Below, one piece after another: positions 1-10,269 of a stretch of 64,000 nucleotides of DNA (position 1 is the stretch's first letter; every line of letters begins with the position of its first letter). The stretch comes from Mayamaea pseudoterrestris. Its lineage: Eukaryota. The DNA lies in NCBI GenBank assembly GCA_027923505.1, contig BROI01000015.1, positions 124,001-188,000 of the forward strand. The letters are read 5' to 3'. The notes beneath the pieces were generated by a model. That model had not been told where the DNA came from, ran no database searches, and saw only the letters and a program-made list of their open reading frames with translations. The position numbers were made by a program, and so were the translations under genes.

Positions 1-142
1 CTGTTTGTGCGGGTGGTAGCTTGAATACATGTGCGTCGGAAATGTTGCATCTGACCCGCTCGATCACTTCGGAATCTTCCAGTGAATGTAAATAGGCGGC
101 TGCCTCGTTGGGGACGCCGGCTTGTTCCGCTGTCAGCGTCAT
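1..142 (-). CDS. NECAP: NECAP (adaptin ear-binding coat-associated protein), 5' part only; continues beyond window start
   Basis: Manual translation from ATG at 142: MTLTAEQAGVPNEAAAYLHSLEDSEVIERVRCNISDAHVFKLPPAQT. It resembles the start of the NECAP PHear domain (E..LC....VHVY.IPP). Not in the ORF track because it runs off the edge. Confidence 0.7.
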   Translation of the reverse strand, partial: MTLTAEQAGVPNEAAAYLHSLEDSEVIERVRCNISDAHVFKLPPAQT

Positions 143-452
143 GCTGTATGCAAATGCAAAATTGATTGTTACAGCAGAGACTACTAGTGACTGCTCTCGC
201 CGAAAGTCAAACGCAAGTGATAAGATGGGACGAACGTAGAGAGGGAGAGGACGGCAGCAGACGATTGTGAGTTGCAAAATAAATGTGGCGCGCCACGAGG
301 AGACGAGGGTCATTCACGAGGAAGGAGGCACGCGAAAGGAATGACCGAGTGTTTATCAAAACGTCATTAAGTCTTTCCAAATCTGCGAAATTTGTTGCTG
401 CCATTCCACTCGCACCACACAAAGACAACATTATCATTCAATACTTTCCACC

Positions 453-1466
453 ATGGCCATGCGTCAAAGCACCGCCCGCGGCCAAATGACCCGCGGGGCC
501 AACAGCGGCCCCGCAATCATGTTGATCCCGCCAGCAATTCGCGCAACGTTCATGCCAAATCCGCCTCTACAACATATCTTGCCAACACAGCTCCGTCGCA
601 AGCATCCAATCACTGGCGTTTCTCACATTCTAAGTCACTTTGAAAAGGTTCCACCACCCGAGCGTATCGCAAAACTTACACCAGCAATGATCAAAAAGGA
701 GAAACGAATTGCACAGGAAGAAAAACATCGCGCCGAGCTGTTACCCCTCATTGAAGCCTATCGCCTGGAGCAAAAGGAATCTGGCGGCACCTACAAGGGC
801 ATGAATTGTTATAATACGCTCTTCGTCGGACGACTGGCTTACGAAGTGACGGAACGCAAATTGTTGCGCGAAATGGAAAGTTTTGGACCTGTCAAAGATA
901 TTCGCATCGTCAAGGATCAGGACGGCAAGTCGCGTGGTTATGCCGTGGTTGAGTTTGAATTGGAGAATGACATGAAGCGAGCTTTTCGGGCGGCGGACGG
1001 CATGCGCATTGAAGGGCGGGAGATTGTAGTCGATGTTGAGCGCGGGCATACAGTGCCGGCGTGGTTGCCGAGGAGGCTGGGTGGTGGTCTCGGAGGAACT
1101 AGACTGGGAGGCAAGGCGGACAATGTCTGTCGGCCGGGACGTTTCGATCCATCACGGCCAGATGCTCCGCCTCCGGCAGCGGCAATCTTGCCTGGTAACA
1201 TTGGACGCGGTGGGCCTCCACCGTCAATGACGCAGCAGCAAGATTACCATCATCAAGGAATGGGCCGAGGAGGAGGCTTTAGAGACGGACCGCCTTCTCA
1301 TCATGGCGGCGGATGGGATCGAAATGGTGGAGGCGGAGGATATGGAGGGCCACCGCCGCCGCAAGATTGGGACCGCGGCGGTGGTGGTGGAGGATATGAT
1401 GATCGCAAGAGACGACGCTCTCGAACGCCGCCGCATGACAATCGAGATAGCAGACGTCGCTACTAG
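453..1466 (+). CDS. SNRNP70: U1 snRNP 70 kDa protein
   Basis: N-terminal F.P.PPL motif, RRM (TLFVGRL, SRGYAVVEF), U1-70K signature VDVERGHTVPAWLPRRLGGGLGGTR, Gly/Arg-rich tail. Intronless. Confidence 0.95.
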   Translation: MAMRQSTARGQMTRGANSGPAIMLIPPAIRATFMPNPPLQHILPTQLRRKHPITGVSHILSHFEKVPPPERIAKLTPAMIKKEKRIAQEEKHRAELLPLIEAYRLEQKESGGTYKGMNCYNTLFVGRLAYEVTERKLLREMESFGPVKDIRIVKDQDGKSRGYAVVEFELENDMKRAFRAADGMRIEGREIVVDVERGHTVPAWLPRRLGGGLGGTRLGGKADNVCRPGRFDPSRPDAPPPAAAILPGNIGRGGPPPSMTQQQDYHHQGMGRGGGFRDGPPSHHGGGWDRNGGGGGYGGPPPPQDWDRGGGGGGYDDRKRRRSRTPPHDNRDSRRRY

Positions 1467-1522
1467 TAGTCTATGCTTTAATGTATGCATGTTCTTGTAT
1501 TATTAGATGATATTGTGCGTTT

Positions 1523-2086
1523 TTAAATTGCGTCATGATTATCTTGCTTGGCCATAGTTATAATCGCTTGTTCTAGGAGCATCCATACTCGATCGGCGTC
1601 TTCGTCATTGACGATTCGATGAAAGACTCGCCCCGCAAACTCTGCTTGGTGCATTCCTTCCAGCGCGACTGGTCCTATATAATCATCATGTTCAATCGCA
1701 ACGCATGGTGCCTGTTGGCAGGCCCCCAAACAGGGGCATTCTTCAATCGTTACCATTGGAGCAGCGGCTTGGATTCGTTCATACAACGCCGAGTAGGTTG
1801 CAAATTCATCCAATTGCAAAACTTTGCGTTTCTGAGAGCATGCTTTTGAAGAACATGCCACAACCTTGAATTGACTGGCAATATTTGTATCAAGAGTTAG
1901 TTTGTAGACGTATTGGGCGTTACTCGCTCTTTCGGTATGCGAATGCCTGGTGTCTTTAGCGTCATGCGCATGGACGAGACGGCGGCTACAAGTTTGCGGC
2001 CGACACCGTGCGCTAATGTTTATAAAGGCATAGCAACGGGAACATGTTGCAAAGCAAATAATTTTTGTCGTTGCTCGAAGCCTCAT
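1523..2086 (-). CDS. Thioredoxin-like [2Fe-2S] ferredoxin-domain protein, probably plastid-targeted
   Basis: CSSKAC (CX4C) ... CLGAC..AP (CX3C) is the Trx-like ferredoxin pattern. ATG at 2086 gives MRLRATTKIICFATCSRCYAF, a signal peptide ending in an A-F cleavage motif. Confidence 0.7.
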   Translation of the reverse strand: MRLRATTKIICFATCSRCYAFINISARCRPQTCSRRLVHAHDAKDTRHSHTERASNAQYVYKLTLDTNIASQFKVVACSSKACSQKRKVLQLDEFATYSALYERIQAAAPMVTIEECPCLGACQQAPCVAIEHDDYIGPVALEGMHQAEFAGRVFHRIVNDEDADRVWMLLEQAIITMAKQDNHDAI

Positions 2087-2251
2087 TGTCTCGATGATGC
2101 CATGATGGGTAGTACCGGTAGTCGCAAATGATGAGGATGATTGAGATGATGATGAATGCGATGTGTGACTCACACGGTGACGTCATTCATCAATCATCCG
2201 TTTTTTGTGTTGTGAGACTGACCGAGATCGGCAATTACCGACTATTGGATT

Positions 2252-3178
2252 ATGCGAATACTCCAAGCCCTTTGTCGGGCAGCAATAATCCATCTACACT
2301 TATCAACTGCCGCAGGTATGGCGCCTAAAATTCGCGTCATTGATTCGCATTTACATGTTTGGGCAGATACGCAGGAAGCAGCCAATGCCTTTCCATATGC
2401 TCAGCCACCGCCAGAGACAATCAAGAATGATGGATCGATCGATGCTTTGATTAAACAAATGGATTCGAATGGAGTCGACGGAGCCTTGGTAGTGCAGCCA
2501 ATCAATCACAAATTTGACCACTCATACGTCATACAAGCGATCAAGGATCATCCTCATCGGTTCAAGGGCATGTTGCTACACGATCCGGATGACAACGATC
2601 CGATAGCACGTATAGAAGAGCTATGTTTAAAAGGTTTTGTTGGCGTCAGATTCAATCCCTATCTGTGGCCAAGGACTGGTGACAAAAAGTGGAAGTCCAT
2701 GGCTGAAGGGATTAGTTTGGATGTTTATAAAAGGTGCGGCGAATTGAAATTACCAGTCGGGATCATGTGCTTTCAGGGAATCTCCTTGCATTACGATGAC
2801 ATTGTGCAGTTGCTGGAACAATCACCAGCCACTATGTGCATCTTAGATCACTTTGGATTCACTTCACTTAAGAATTCCCTATCATTTGAGCAACTTCTGT
2901 CGCTGTCCAAGTATCCACAACTCTACGTTAAAATTTCGGCACTCTTTCGACTTGGAGGTGTTCATCCTTACGACAAAGTAAAGGAAGAGCGCTTCTTGCC
3001 GCTACTGCGAACCTTTGGGTCGAAGCGACTCTTGTTTGGATCCGACTTTCCGTATGTTTTGGGGCAGCCTGCAGCCTACTCGGTCCACAAACTTGTTGAA
3101 GCATGGATAGAAGATGTACAAGACAGACGAAACATCATGAGTCAGACGGCGGAGCGGCTTTTTGGCGCATGGAGTTAA
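2252..3178 (+). CDS. Amidohydrolase family protein (Amidohydro_2, TIM barrel)
   Basis: Metal-binding motifs IDSHLHVW, LDHFG, VKIS and FGSDFP. Possible short N-terminal presequence. Confidence 0.85.
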   Translation: MRILQALCRAAIIHLHLSTAAGMAPKIRVIDSHLHVWADTQEAANAFPYAQPPPETIKNDGSIDALIKQMDSNGVDGALVVQPINHKFDHSYVIQAIKDHPHRFKGMLLHDPDDNDPIARIEELCLKGFVGVRFNPYLWPRTGDKKWKSMAEGISLDVYKRCGELKLPVGIMCFQGISLHYDDIVQLLEQSPATMCILDHFGFTSLKNSLSFEQLLSLSKYPQLYVKISALFRLGGVHPYDKVKEERFLPLLRTFGSKRLLFGSDFPYVLGQPAAYSVHKLVEAWIEDVQDRRNIMSQTAERLFGAWS

Positions 3179-3313
3179 GATAATTGTTGAATCTAGCATA
3201 TGGAATGTTTGGCTGGTTTGTGTCGTTCGAGTCTACGATGTCATGTCACTGCCACAGATCTAGCTACAAGCGACGAAGCTCTCGATTTGCTTAATACTTA
3301 GCAGCTTTACCCA

Positions 3314-4003
3314 TTACGCCAATTTGGCTTTAATATGTTGCGTGGCCGCATCCAACTGCGCCTTTTTCGATGGGTCTTTGAGCATGTCTTTCATCGCTTC
3401 CTGATACATTTGAAACTCTGGGTCCTTGGTCATTGCTTCCAGTTGCCGAGCAAAATTTGGGTCCTTGAGCATCTTTGTCATTTCTGCCATGACCTCAGGA
3501 TTGGTCAAGGCGGCTTGCATGGCAGCTTCCATACTCGCGCCGGCTTGGTCCTTGAGTTGCTCCTGTCCAATCTTTGCCATGGTCTCAATCTTGGCTTCGG
3601 CTTTGGCCGCTTGGTTTGGGTCACTGAGGAGATCCTTTGTTTGCTTCAAATTTTCTTTGAACTCCTTCGAGTTTTGTAATTTCTTCATTTCTTTCTGGAA
3701 TGCTGGGTCTGACATCATTCTTTTGGCCTCGGCCATGAGTTCTGGATTCTGGAATGTAGCAATACAAGAGCAAGTAAGCACACATGACAGTTGCATCATA
3801 TGTCAAAATAATGTAAGATTAACTGAGCTTACATTCATGTCTTGCAGCAATTGGGCAAGGATGGCAGGGTCTGACGCCGCCTCTTTAAGACCTTGCATTC
3901 CCAAGGTGACATCGGCCATGGCTTGCCTTCGAGGGTCGACCTTATCATCGGATCGGACAAAGACAGCAACTACTAGTACTATGAGTACTTTAGGAAACAG
4001 CAT
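3314..4003 (-). CDS. Secretory-pathway STI1/DP-repeat protein; exons 4003-3833 and 3748-3314
   Basis: Signal peptide MLFPKVLIVLVVAVFVRS. Repeated DP/NP helical motifs (SDPA, NPEL, KDPN, KDPE). Intron 3832-3749 (GTAAGC...TTCCAG, 84 nt) joins two track ORFs in frame. Confidence 0.75.
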
Positions 4004-4273
4004 GGTGACTAAGGAGTCGTCTGTAAAGTAATTGTCGTCTTGTCGTCGAAGTGGAACATCCACTTGGGCGCGTCGCGGATCGGCTGGTTGAAGTTGACGA
4101 GTACCGGTTGCTGTCGTACAGGTTCCTGTGTAACCCTTCCACTTGGAGCGACCGATGCCGCCATTCGATCATTTCGAATCGTTCATCGTCCAACAAGCTT
4201 GTGTATCGTTAACCTTTTTTACCAAAAGAATATAAATCTACTCTTCAGCGGCTTGGGAAAGAGCAGCCGAAAC

Positions 4274-5561
4274 ATGAGAATACCATCACAGTACACGAAG
4301 CTGTTTGCCATCTTTTCTTCATTGTGCTACTTGGTCACAGCTGCCCAGGATTTTTACAAGCTTCTCGGAGTATCCAAAGATGCAACTGTGAAAGAAATAA
4401 AGAAGGCGTATCGTCAAAAGAGTCTCGAATTTCACCCTGACAAGAACAAGGATGAGAATGCAGCCGAAACGTTTTCACAGATTGCAAGAGCTTATGAGGT
4501 CCTTAGCGACGACGAAAAGAGAAAAATTTATAACCGACACGGCGAAGAAGGTTTAAAACAGCATGAGCAACAGTCTGGAATGCAAGATGGATTCGGGGGA
4601 GGCTTTGATGATATTGTGAGTGATTCCGGGCTGGCAGTTGTCGTCATGTTAATTCGACGTATCGCTGTTACGTTCGAAGTATAGCGTTGGGCGATTTGAC
4701 ATCGTTTGCATAATACCAACGCCTCGTACCTGCATATTACTCACACCCTTTTTTCAATGAATTTAGTTCAGCCACTTTTTTGGTGGTGGTGGCGGTGGTG
4801 GAGGTCGTCGGCAACAGCGTGAACGGCAAACGCCAAGTGTTGAACTACCCATGTTTTTGACGCTGCAACAGTTGTACCTGGGCGAAACCTTCCACATTAA
4901 CTACGAGCGTCAAGTCTTATGTCTCAATTGGGAAATGTGTCTCAAGTCGGCTCCCGAATGCCAAGGGCCTGGTGTCAAGGTCATTCGACAACAAGTGGCG
5001 CCAGGTTTTGTCCAGCAATTTCAGCAACACGACAGTTCCTGCGTCGCCCAGGGCAAGCGGTGGAAGACTCCATGCTCATCATGTCCACAAAAGACACAAA
5101 CAGAGTCGATACCACTAACGGTTGATATACAAAAGGGAATGCGTGATGGTGAAATTATCACATTCGAGGGAGTGACGGACGAACAGCCTGGACACACTCC
5201 TGGTGATTTGAAGGTTGTGATTGTGGAGCAACCGAACGATACGTTTCATAGAGATCGCGACGATTTATACAAAACATTTGAGGTTCCATTGGTCGATGCA
5301 CTCACTGGATTCTCCATTTCACTGACACACCTCGACGACAAGGAGTTTACAGTGCAAGTCGAGGATGTGACGGACTGTGACCACGTCTTACGTGTACCTG
5401 GCAAGGGAATGCCGAGACGAAATGGTCGTGGGTTTGGAGACTTGTATCTCACGTTTGAGGTTGACTTTCCGGACCGCCTTACGGTAGAGCAAAAGAAGGC
5501 TATTCGAGAGATCCTTGGCGATAGTGGGGACTCAGTAAATATCAAGAATGGCGAATTATAG
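4274..5561 (+). CDS. ER-luminal DnaJ/Hsp40 (ERdj3/DNAJB11-like); exons 4274-4615 and 4767-5561
   Basis: Signal peptide, J-domain with HPD, G/F region, Cys-containing domain, DnaJ-C (PGKGMP...GDLY) and C-terminal NGEL (KDEL-like). Intron 4616-4766 (GTGAGT...TTTAG) is phase 0. Confidence 0.9.
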
Positions 5562-5636
5562 AATTAAAGCAAGTTGCAGTGCAAAAGACATATACACGAG
5601 ACGACATTTATGGTGTTAGCGTACGTTTAGTTAGTT

Positions 5637-6818
5637 CTAACTAGCAACTGCCTTTTCTTGCTGCTCGCGTAAATAATTCTGTAAGAAAAATTCGCCAGCC
5701 TTGTAGCTCGACCGCACCAATGGACCAGAAGCAACATACTTAAAACCCATGTCTTCTCCCACTTTTTGCCATTCATCAAACTTTTCGGGTGTTACATAGT
5801 GCTGGACTGGCAAGTGTTTACGTGTTGGCTGCAAATATTGGCCAAACGTGACAACATCCACATCCACCGCCCGCAAATCACGTAGCGTTTGTAATATCTC
5901 GTCATCCGCCTCCCCTAGACCGAGCATAATTGATGTCTTGGTCAAGATTGACAACTGCTGCAGTCGATCCACATGCGACATCGATTTGACACTTTCTAAA
6001 ACGTTGAGTGACTGCCGATATTTGGCGCGCCGATCCCTCACGCGAGGCGTAAGTCGTTCCACCGTTTCCACATTATGCGCAAACACATCAACCCCTGATG
6101 ACGCCACCAGTCTCACCAAATCCAAATCGCCCTGAAAATCTGGCGTCAAGGCTTCGACAAGCAAGTCTGGTTTTTTTAGTTTGAGTTGCTGAACAACTTG
6201 TCGAAAATGGTTTGCTCCTTGGTCTGGCAAATCGTCGCGATCAACACTCGTCAAGACAACATAGTCAAGTCCCCACTGCGCAATAGCATTGGCTACTTTA
6301 TTAGGTTCATTCGGATCGAGCGGAGGCGGCGCTTTGGATGTGGCCACTGAGCAAAATCGACAGCCCCGCGTGCACGTGTCGCCCATAATCATGATTGTCG
6401 CCGTCGCGGCGTGTCCATCCTCATTTCCGCCCCAGCAATCTCCAATATTTGGGCATCGAGCTTCTTCGCAAACTGTGGCAAGTCCTAAATCGCGAACGGT
6501 TTGTCGTAGGCGGTGGTACGTGGCCGAATCGCCAGGTGGTTTGGCCTTGAGCCACTTTGGTTTCGGGAGAATCTTACTGGAACGTGGTTGAGCTTTCTTG
6601 CGGAGAGAGGTTGCAGTTTCGTCATCTTTTAAGCTCAATGAAAGGGTGAAATCATCAATGGCAGGCTCTTCTTGGGCGAGTTGTGATCGAAGTGCTTCGA
6701 GGCGATTCGGTGTGTTGGAAGCGGACGACTGTGTAAGAGTCACGGATGAAAAAGACCGAGAAGCCCCTAATCGACAAAACTCGACTCCCAATCGTTTTCT
6801 TGATAAATGTATCAGCAT
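5637..6818 (-). CDS. LIAS: Lipoyl synthase, mitochondrial
   Basis: [12 protein letters not shown] auxiliary cluster motif, CTRGCRFC radical-SAM motif, RSSY motif. Arg/Ser-rich presequence. Confidence 0.95.
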   Translation of the reverse strand: MLIHLSRKRLGVEFCRLGASRSFSSVTLTQSSASNTPNRLEALRSQLAQEEPAIDDFTLSLSLKDDETATSLRKKAQPRSSKILPKPKWLKAKPPGDSATYHRLRQTVRDLGLATVCEEARCPNIGDCWGGNEDGHAATATIMIMGDTCTRGCRFCSVATSKAPPPLDPNEPNKVANAIAQWGLDYVVLTSVDRDDLPDQGANHFRQVVQQLKLKKPDLLVEALTPDFQGDLDLVRLVASSGVDVFAHNVETVERLTPRVRDRRAKYRQSLNVLESVKSMSHVDRLQQLSILTKTSIMLGLGEADDEILQTLRDLRAVDVDVVTFGQYLQPTRKHLPVQHYVTPEKFDEWQKVGEDMGFKYVASGPLVRSSYKAGEFFLQNYLREQQEKAVAS

Positions 6819-7130
6819 GATTACGATATAGAGATGGTGTCCTGTATGGAAAGATGTTGTAAATGAGCGACCAGCTGCCTGCAGCAGAATTGAACCTGAT
6901 TCAGTTTTTGTTCTCGAATCGTGTCATTTCGGTACTCATAGAGTCGCTCCGGTTTTTGTGATGCCGAAAGAAACGGACCGTCCCGCCGCGAGCCAAAAGC
7001 CGACACGCGGCTCGCTCAACATCACAACCTATGTGCCGGGCAAACGCCAAACAGCCGTCACCTCGACCGTTCTCTTGCTGCTCAATAGTGTGACGCGACT
7101 GATTTTGAGGTTACTATACTCGTACGCTGA

Positions 7131-8279
7131 ATGGCTTCGTCATCTGCACAAACTGCTGTCGCCATGCTGATTCCGATAGATTCCTCACGTCCACTGGCAT
7201 CGGCTTTGACAGCCTTTTCGCAAAATGCACCAGCCGTCGGAATAGCTTGGATTGCCTCTAGTGCCTTATTGACTACGTACAGTGCAACTTCCTTTTTGAA
7301 GTACAAGCCAGATGACGCGTCACTGCCATTAAACTCCAAGCGAACACGGACGCAGCCAGAAACGAATCTGAACATGGCTAGCCGACTTCTTGCCCAACCA
7401 TTTCAGCAAATGTCACGACCGGCTAGGTTGACTCTTTACAGATTTGGAGGATCATTTGCATTGGGCCTTTTACTACATCCAAACTTTTACGTTGCACAAA
7501 GATTATCTGAATCCATTCACGCGTCCAAGGCGTTTCTACTTCCAGCTTTACTGCTCTTCGCAGCAAACCTCAGCAATTCCATTGCTCTTGATCGAATTGG
7601 TATTCCATTGACGTATACATCAAAATGTGCGATTCCACTCATGACTGTCTTACTGACATGCATCATTGACGGACCACATGCATTGCCGTCGCCATTGGCT
7701 TTGGCAGCTTTGGTGCCTATTGCCATTGGTATTGCGGCCGCCTCGTGGAGTTCACCAACCTTTCAGCTGGTTGGTTTCTGTGCCGCATTGGGGTCAACAT
7801 TGGCCCAGAGTGCCCTGAACGTATACAGCAAGCGCGCCATGTCTAGGACGGGTGTGAGTGGGCCAGCAGCGCAGCGAGTCATGGTGGGCATTGGATTGGT
7901 GCTGACGATTGGCGTGACTTTGCTACAGCATCTAATTAAGTCATTTCACCAGGCTCAACGTCGAAGTGATGAAATTGCTGGCAAAGGATTTAGGTTTTCG
8001 GGCAATTTACCACTTGTTGCAAAGCATGATGCTACCCCGCTATGGCTGTCCAGTCTCGCCTTCACGGCCTACCATATTGAATACGTTTTGAGTTTTATGT
8101 TTGTACGACTTGTCCAACCCATTACTTACGGAACATGCGATGCTATTCGAAGGCTCACAATCATTGTGTCGGGCAAGAGAATGTTTGGTGGAGCACCGTT
8201 GACGCGGACCAACTGGTACGGCATTGGATTGGCCCTCATGGGAGCGCTGGGCTACTCGATCGCTACCAATTTAAAATAG
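7131..8279 (+). CDS. Triose-phosphate/nucleotide-sugar transporter family (DMT) membrane protein
   Basis: Multiple hydrophobic helices. YTSKCAIP resembles the TPT K..EP site; P.TY...DAIRR and GIGLALMGALGYS are TPT-like motifs. Confidence 0.75.
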   Translation: MASSSAQTAVAMLIPIDSSRPLASALTAFSQNAPAVGIAWIASSALLTTYSATSFLKYKPDDASLPLNSKRTRTQPETNLNMASRLLAQPFQQMSRPARLTLYRFGGSFALGLLLHPNFYVAQRLSESIHASKAFLLPALLLFAANLSNSIALDRIGIPLTYTSKCAIPLMTVLLTCIIDGPHALPSPLALAALVPIAIGIAAASWSSPTFQLVGFCAALGSTLAQSALNVYSKRAMSRTGVSGPAAQRVMVGIGLVLTIGVTLLQHLIKSFHQAQRRSDEIAGKGFRFSGNLPLVAKHDATPLWLSSLAFTAYHIEYVLSFMFVRLVQPITYGTCDAIRRLTIIVSGKRMFGGAPLTRTNWYGIGLALMGALGYSIATNLK

Positions 8280-8465
8280 ACTGAAAGTTAGCTAGAGAGT
8301 GTGTTAAAAAGGACTGCTACCGGTACTTGTATGCTCATCGTGCCCTCGATTGATTACGGCTTATTATCCGTGTCGCAATCCTGTCTTTTCATCCGCGCAT
8401 GATGATTTCCTCCCACCATCAATCACCGTCATGCCGTCACACTTCATCGTCTATCGTCTATCACC

Positions 8466-9442
8466 ATGACATCAAGACGGCCGCGGTTCGCGGTACATGC
8501 TTTGGTAAACGTGCTTGCAATATGCACGGGACCATTATTTGCTCAAGCCTTTGTCCCAGCATTCAACAGAAAAGCAACGCCATTCTTTGTCTTGCAAAAG
8601 GTCACACATAGATCCAGAGAGACAACAACGTTTCTTTCAGCTGTCGACGACGACACTTCTGAATCTGGCCTTCGCCGTGTTCCCGTTGCATTAGAAGGAG
8701 TGCCCATTCCATACGTCGATGTACCTGGAAATGCATTTATTGAGTGCTATGCAGATTCAATGGCAAAGATCAATGGCGTCGAGTATACGATAGGTGTGCC
8801 TTGCGACTACGCCGTCGCTCTATGTTACAACAACAAGGAGAACCAGATAGTGCCGATTGAGCTTGATGATGAGATAATGGAGGATGTATTTCCTATTGCC
8901 GAAGGGATTGTTGCAGAAGGTATGTTCGCTGCTTGAATGGATAATGCTGTAATGTACAAACTGAATCGTGTGTAAATTATTCATACTCATTGATATACCT
9001 GCTTGTCCTTTGTAGAGTTTGGCGAGGAGCTAGTTCTTCAGCGCACACCGCAAACTTTGACGTTAGTAGGTGAGCTAGACGACAAGACTGACGACGAAGA
9101 CGCAGATTTATCGCTGGACGACGATGAAGCCGCGAGCGAAGAAGTTGAGGTGCTTTTAAGCTTTGAGCATAGAGGGAAGGAGTACAACCTTGTCAGGCTA
9201 TTGGATCCTTTGCTGCTGGTTGGAAAGATAGATTCCAGCATGCCTGACAATCGCGTCTTGTTATCACCTGAGGAAGCTGACGCTGTCATGCCTGCCTTGG
9301 TAAGTAATTAGCATCAGGGACGTATGCTGTTTGCTGCATCCATATCTTTCTCCGCTTTCCATACTAACGAAAATACAACTTCCTTACCTAACAGGAAAGT
9401 TTATTTCTGGAGTTTCACGACGGACCCGATAGTCTGTTGTAA
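8466..9442 (+). CDS. Plastid-targeted DUF3727/DUF1292-like acidic protein; exons 8466-8919, 9016-9299, 9395-9442
   Basis: Signal + AQAF-VP motif. LQRTPQTLTLVGEL and Y...RLLDP.L.VG resemble cyanobacterial DUF3727. Introns 8920-9015 and 9300-9394 (branch TACTAAC at 9362) keep frame. Last exon ESLFLEFHDGPDSLL*. Confidence 0.7.
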
Positions 9443-9577
9443 GGCACTTGTCTAAAGCTTAGCTACTTCTACGGCGTCTGTTTGTGCTTCAATCGTTAAA
9501 TAATACTATACGAATCGCATCCACCAGTCATTTAAAACAATAGAACCCTTATTGTGTTGGTATGCTATAGTTTATAT

Positions 9578-10009
9578 TTACGAACGGGGCTTCTCCTTCT
9601 TCTCCTTGTACAAAGCCCAGAGTGAAACTCCAGCAACCTTGACAACCTTGAAGCGTACTCCTGGAATGTCACCGACAGCATGACCGGCACGACCAAAACC
9701 AGCAATTAAAACTTCGTCGTTTTCGTCTACAAAGTTCAAACAACCATCGCGTGGTACAAAGGCAGCAATCTTCTTTCCGTTCTTGATAAGCTGCACGCGG
9801 ACGCATTTTCGAATAGCAGAGTTGGGCTGTTTCGCTTCAATTCCAATCTTCTCCAAAACAATTCCCTTGGCCATGGTTGATCCTCCCATAGGATTGGCCT
9901 TCATGGCAGTGACGGAGTGGGCCTTGCAGTAGCCATTGTCGTGCCAACGTTGGTTTCTTCGGTGCGTGCGCAGTTTACGCGCAGTGCGGAGACCGGCTGG
10001 CTTACCCAT
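9578..10009 (-). CDS. RPS23: 40S ribosomal protein S23 (uS12)
   Basis: [44 protein letters not shown]. Confidence 0.99.
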   Translation of the reverse strand: MGKPAGLRTARKLRTHRRNQRWHDNGYCKAHSVTAMKANPMGGSTMAKGIVLEKIGIEAKQPNSAIRKCVRVQLIKNGKKIAAFVPRDGCLNFVDENDEVLIAGFGRAGHAVGDIPGVRFKVVKVAGVSLWALYKEKKEKPRS

Positions 10010-10269
10010 GGTTAAAGATTATAATGAGCTGGATAAGACAAGAATTTGCTGTGAGACGAGAAACCGTAACTGCCAAGACTCTTGTTAATGCAACAACAAT
10101 TGCCAAAACACACCTTCGAACACGACAACGACGCTTTGGCCTGAAACCATCGCAGCATGCGGCCGCGCGTAGTTTAGTAAAGCGGTAAGACGGGTGAGGT
10201 TCGGTTAATCAAAACCGCTGCGACGTTGAAAATCGACTCAGAGGCCGACACAAAACGAATCCATCCACC

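Noticed and set aside
1255..1400. GGN-rich repeats
   Set aside because: Low-complexity Gly-rich coding tail of U1-70K, not an independent repeat element.
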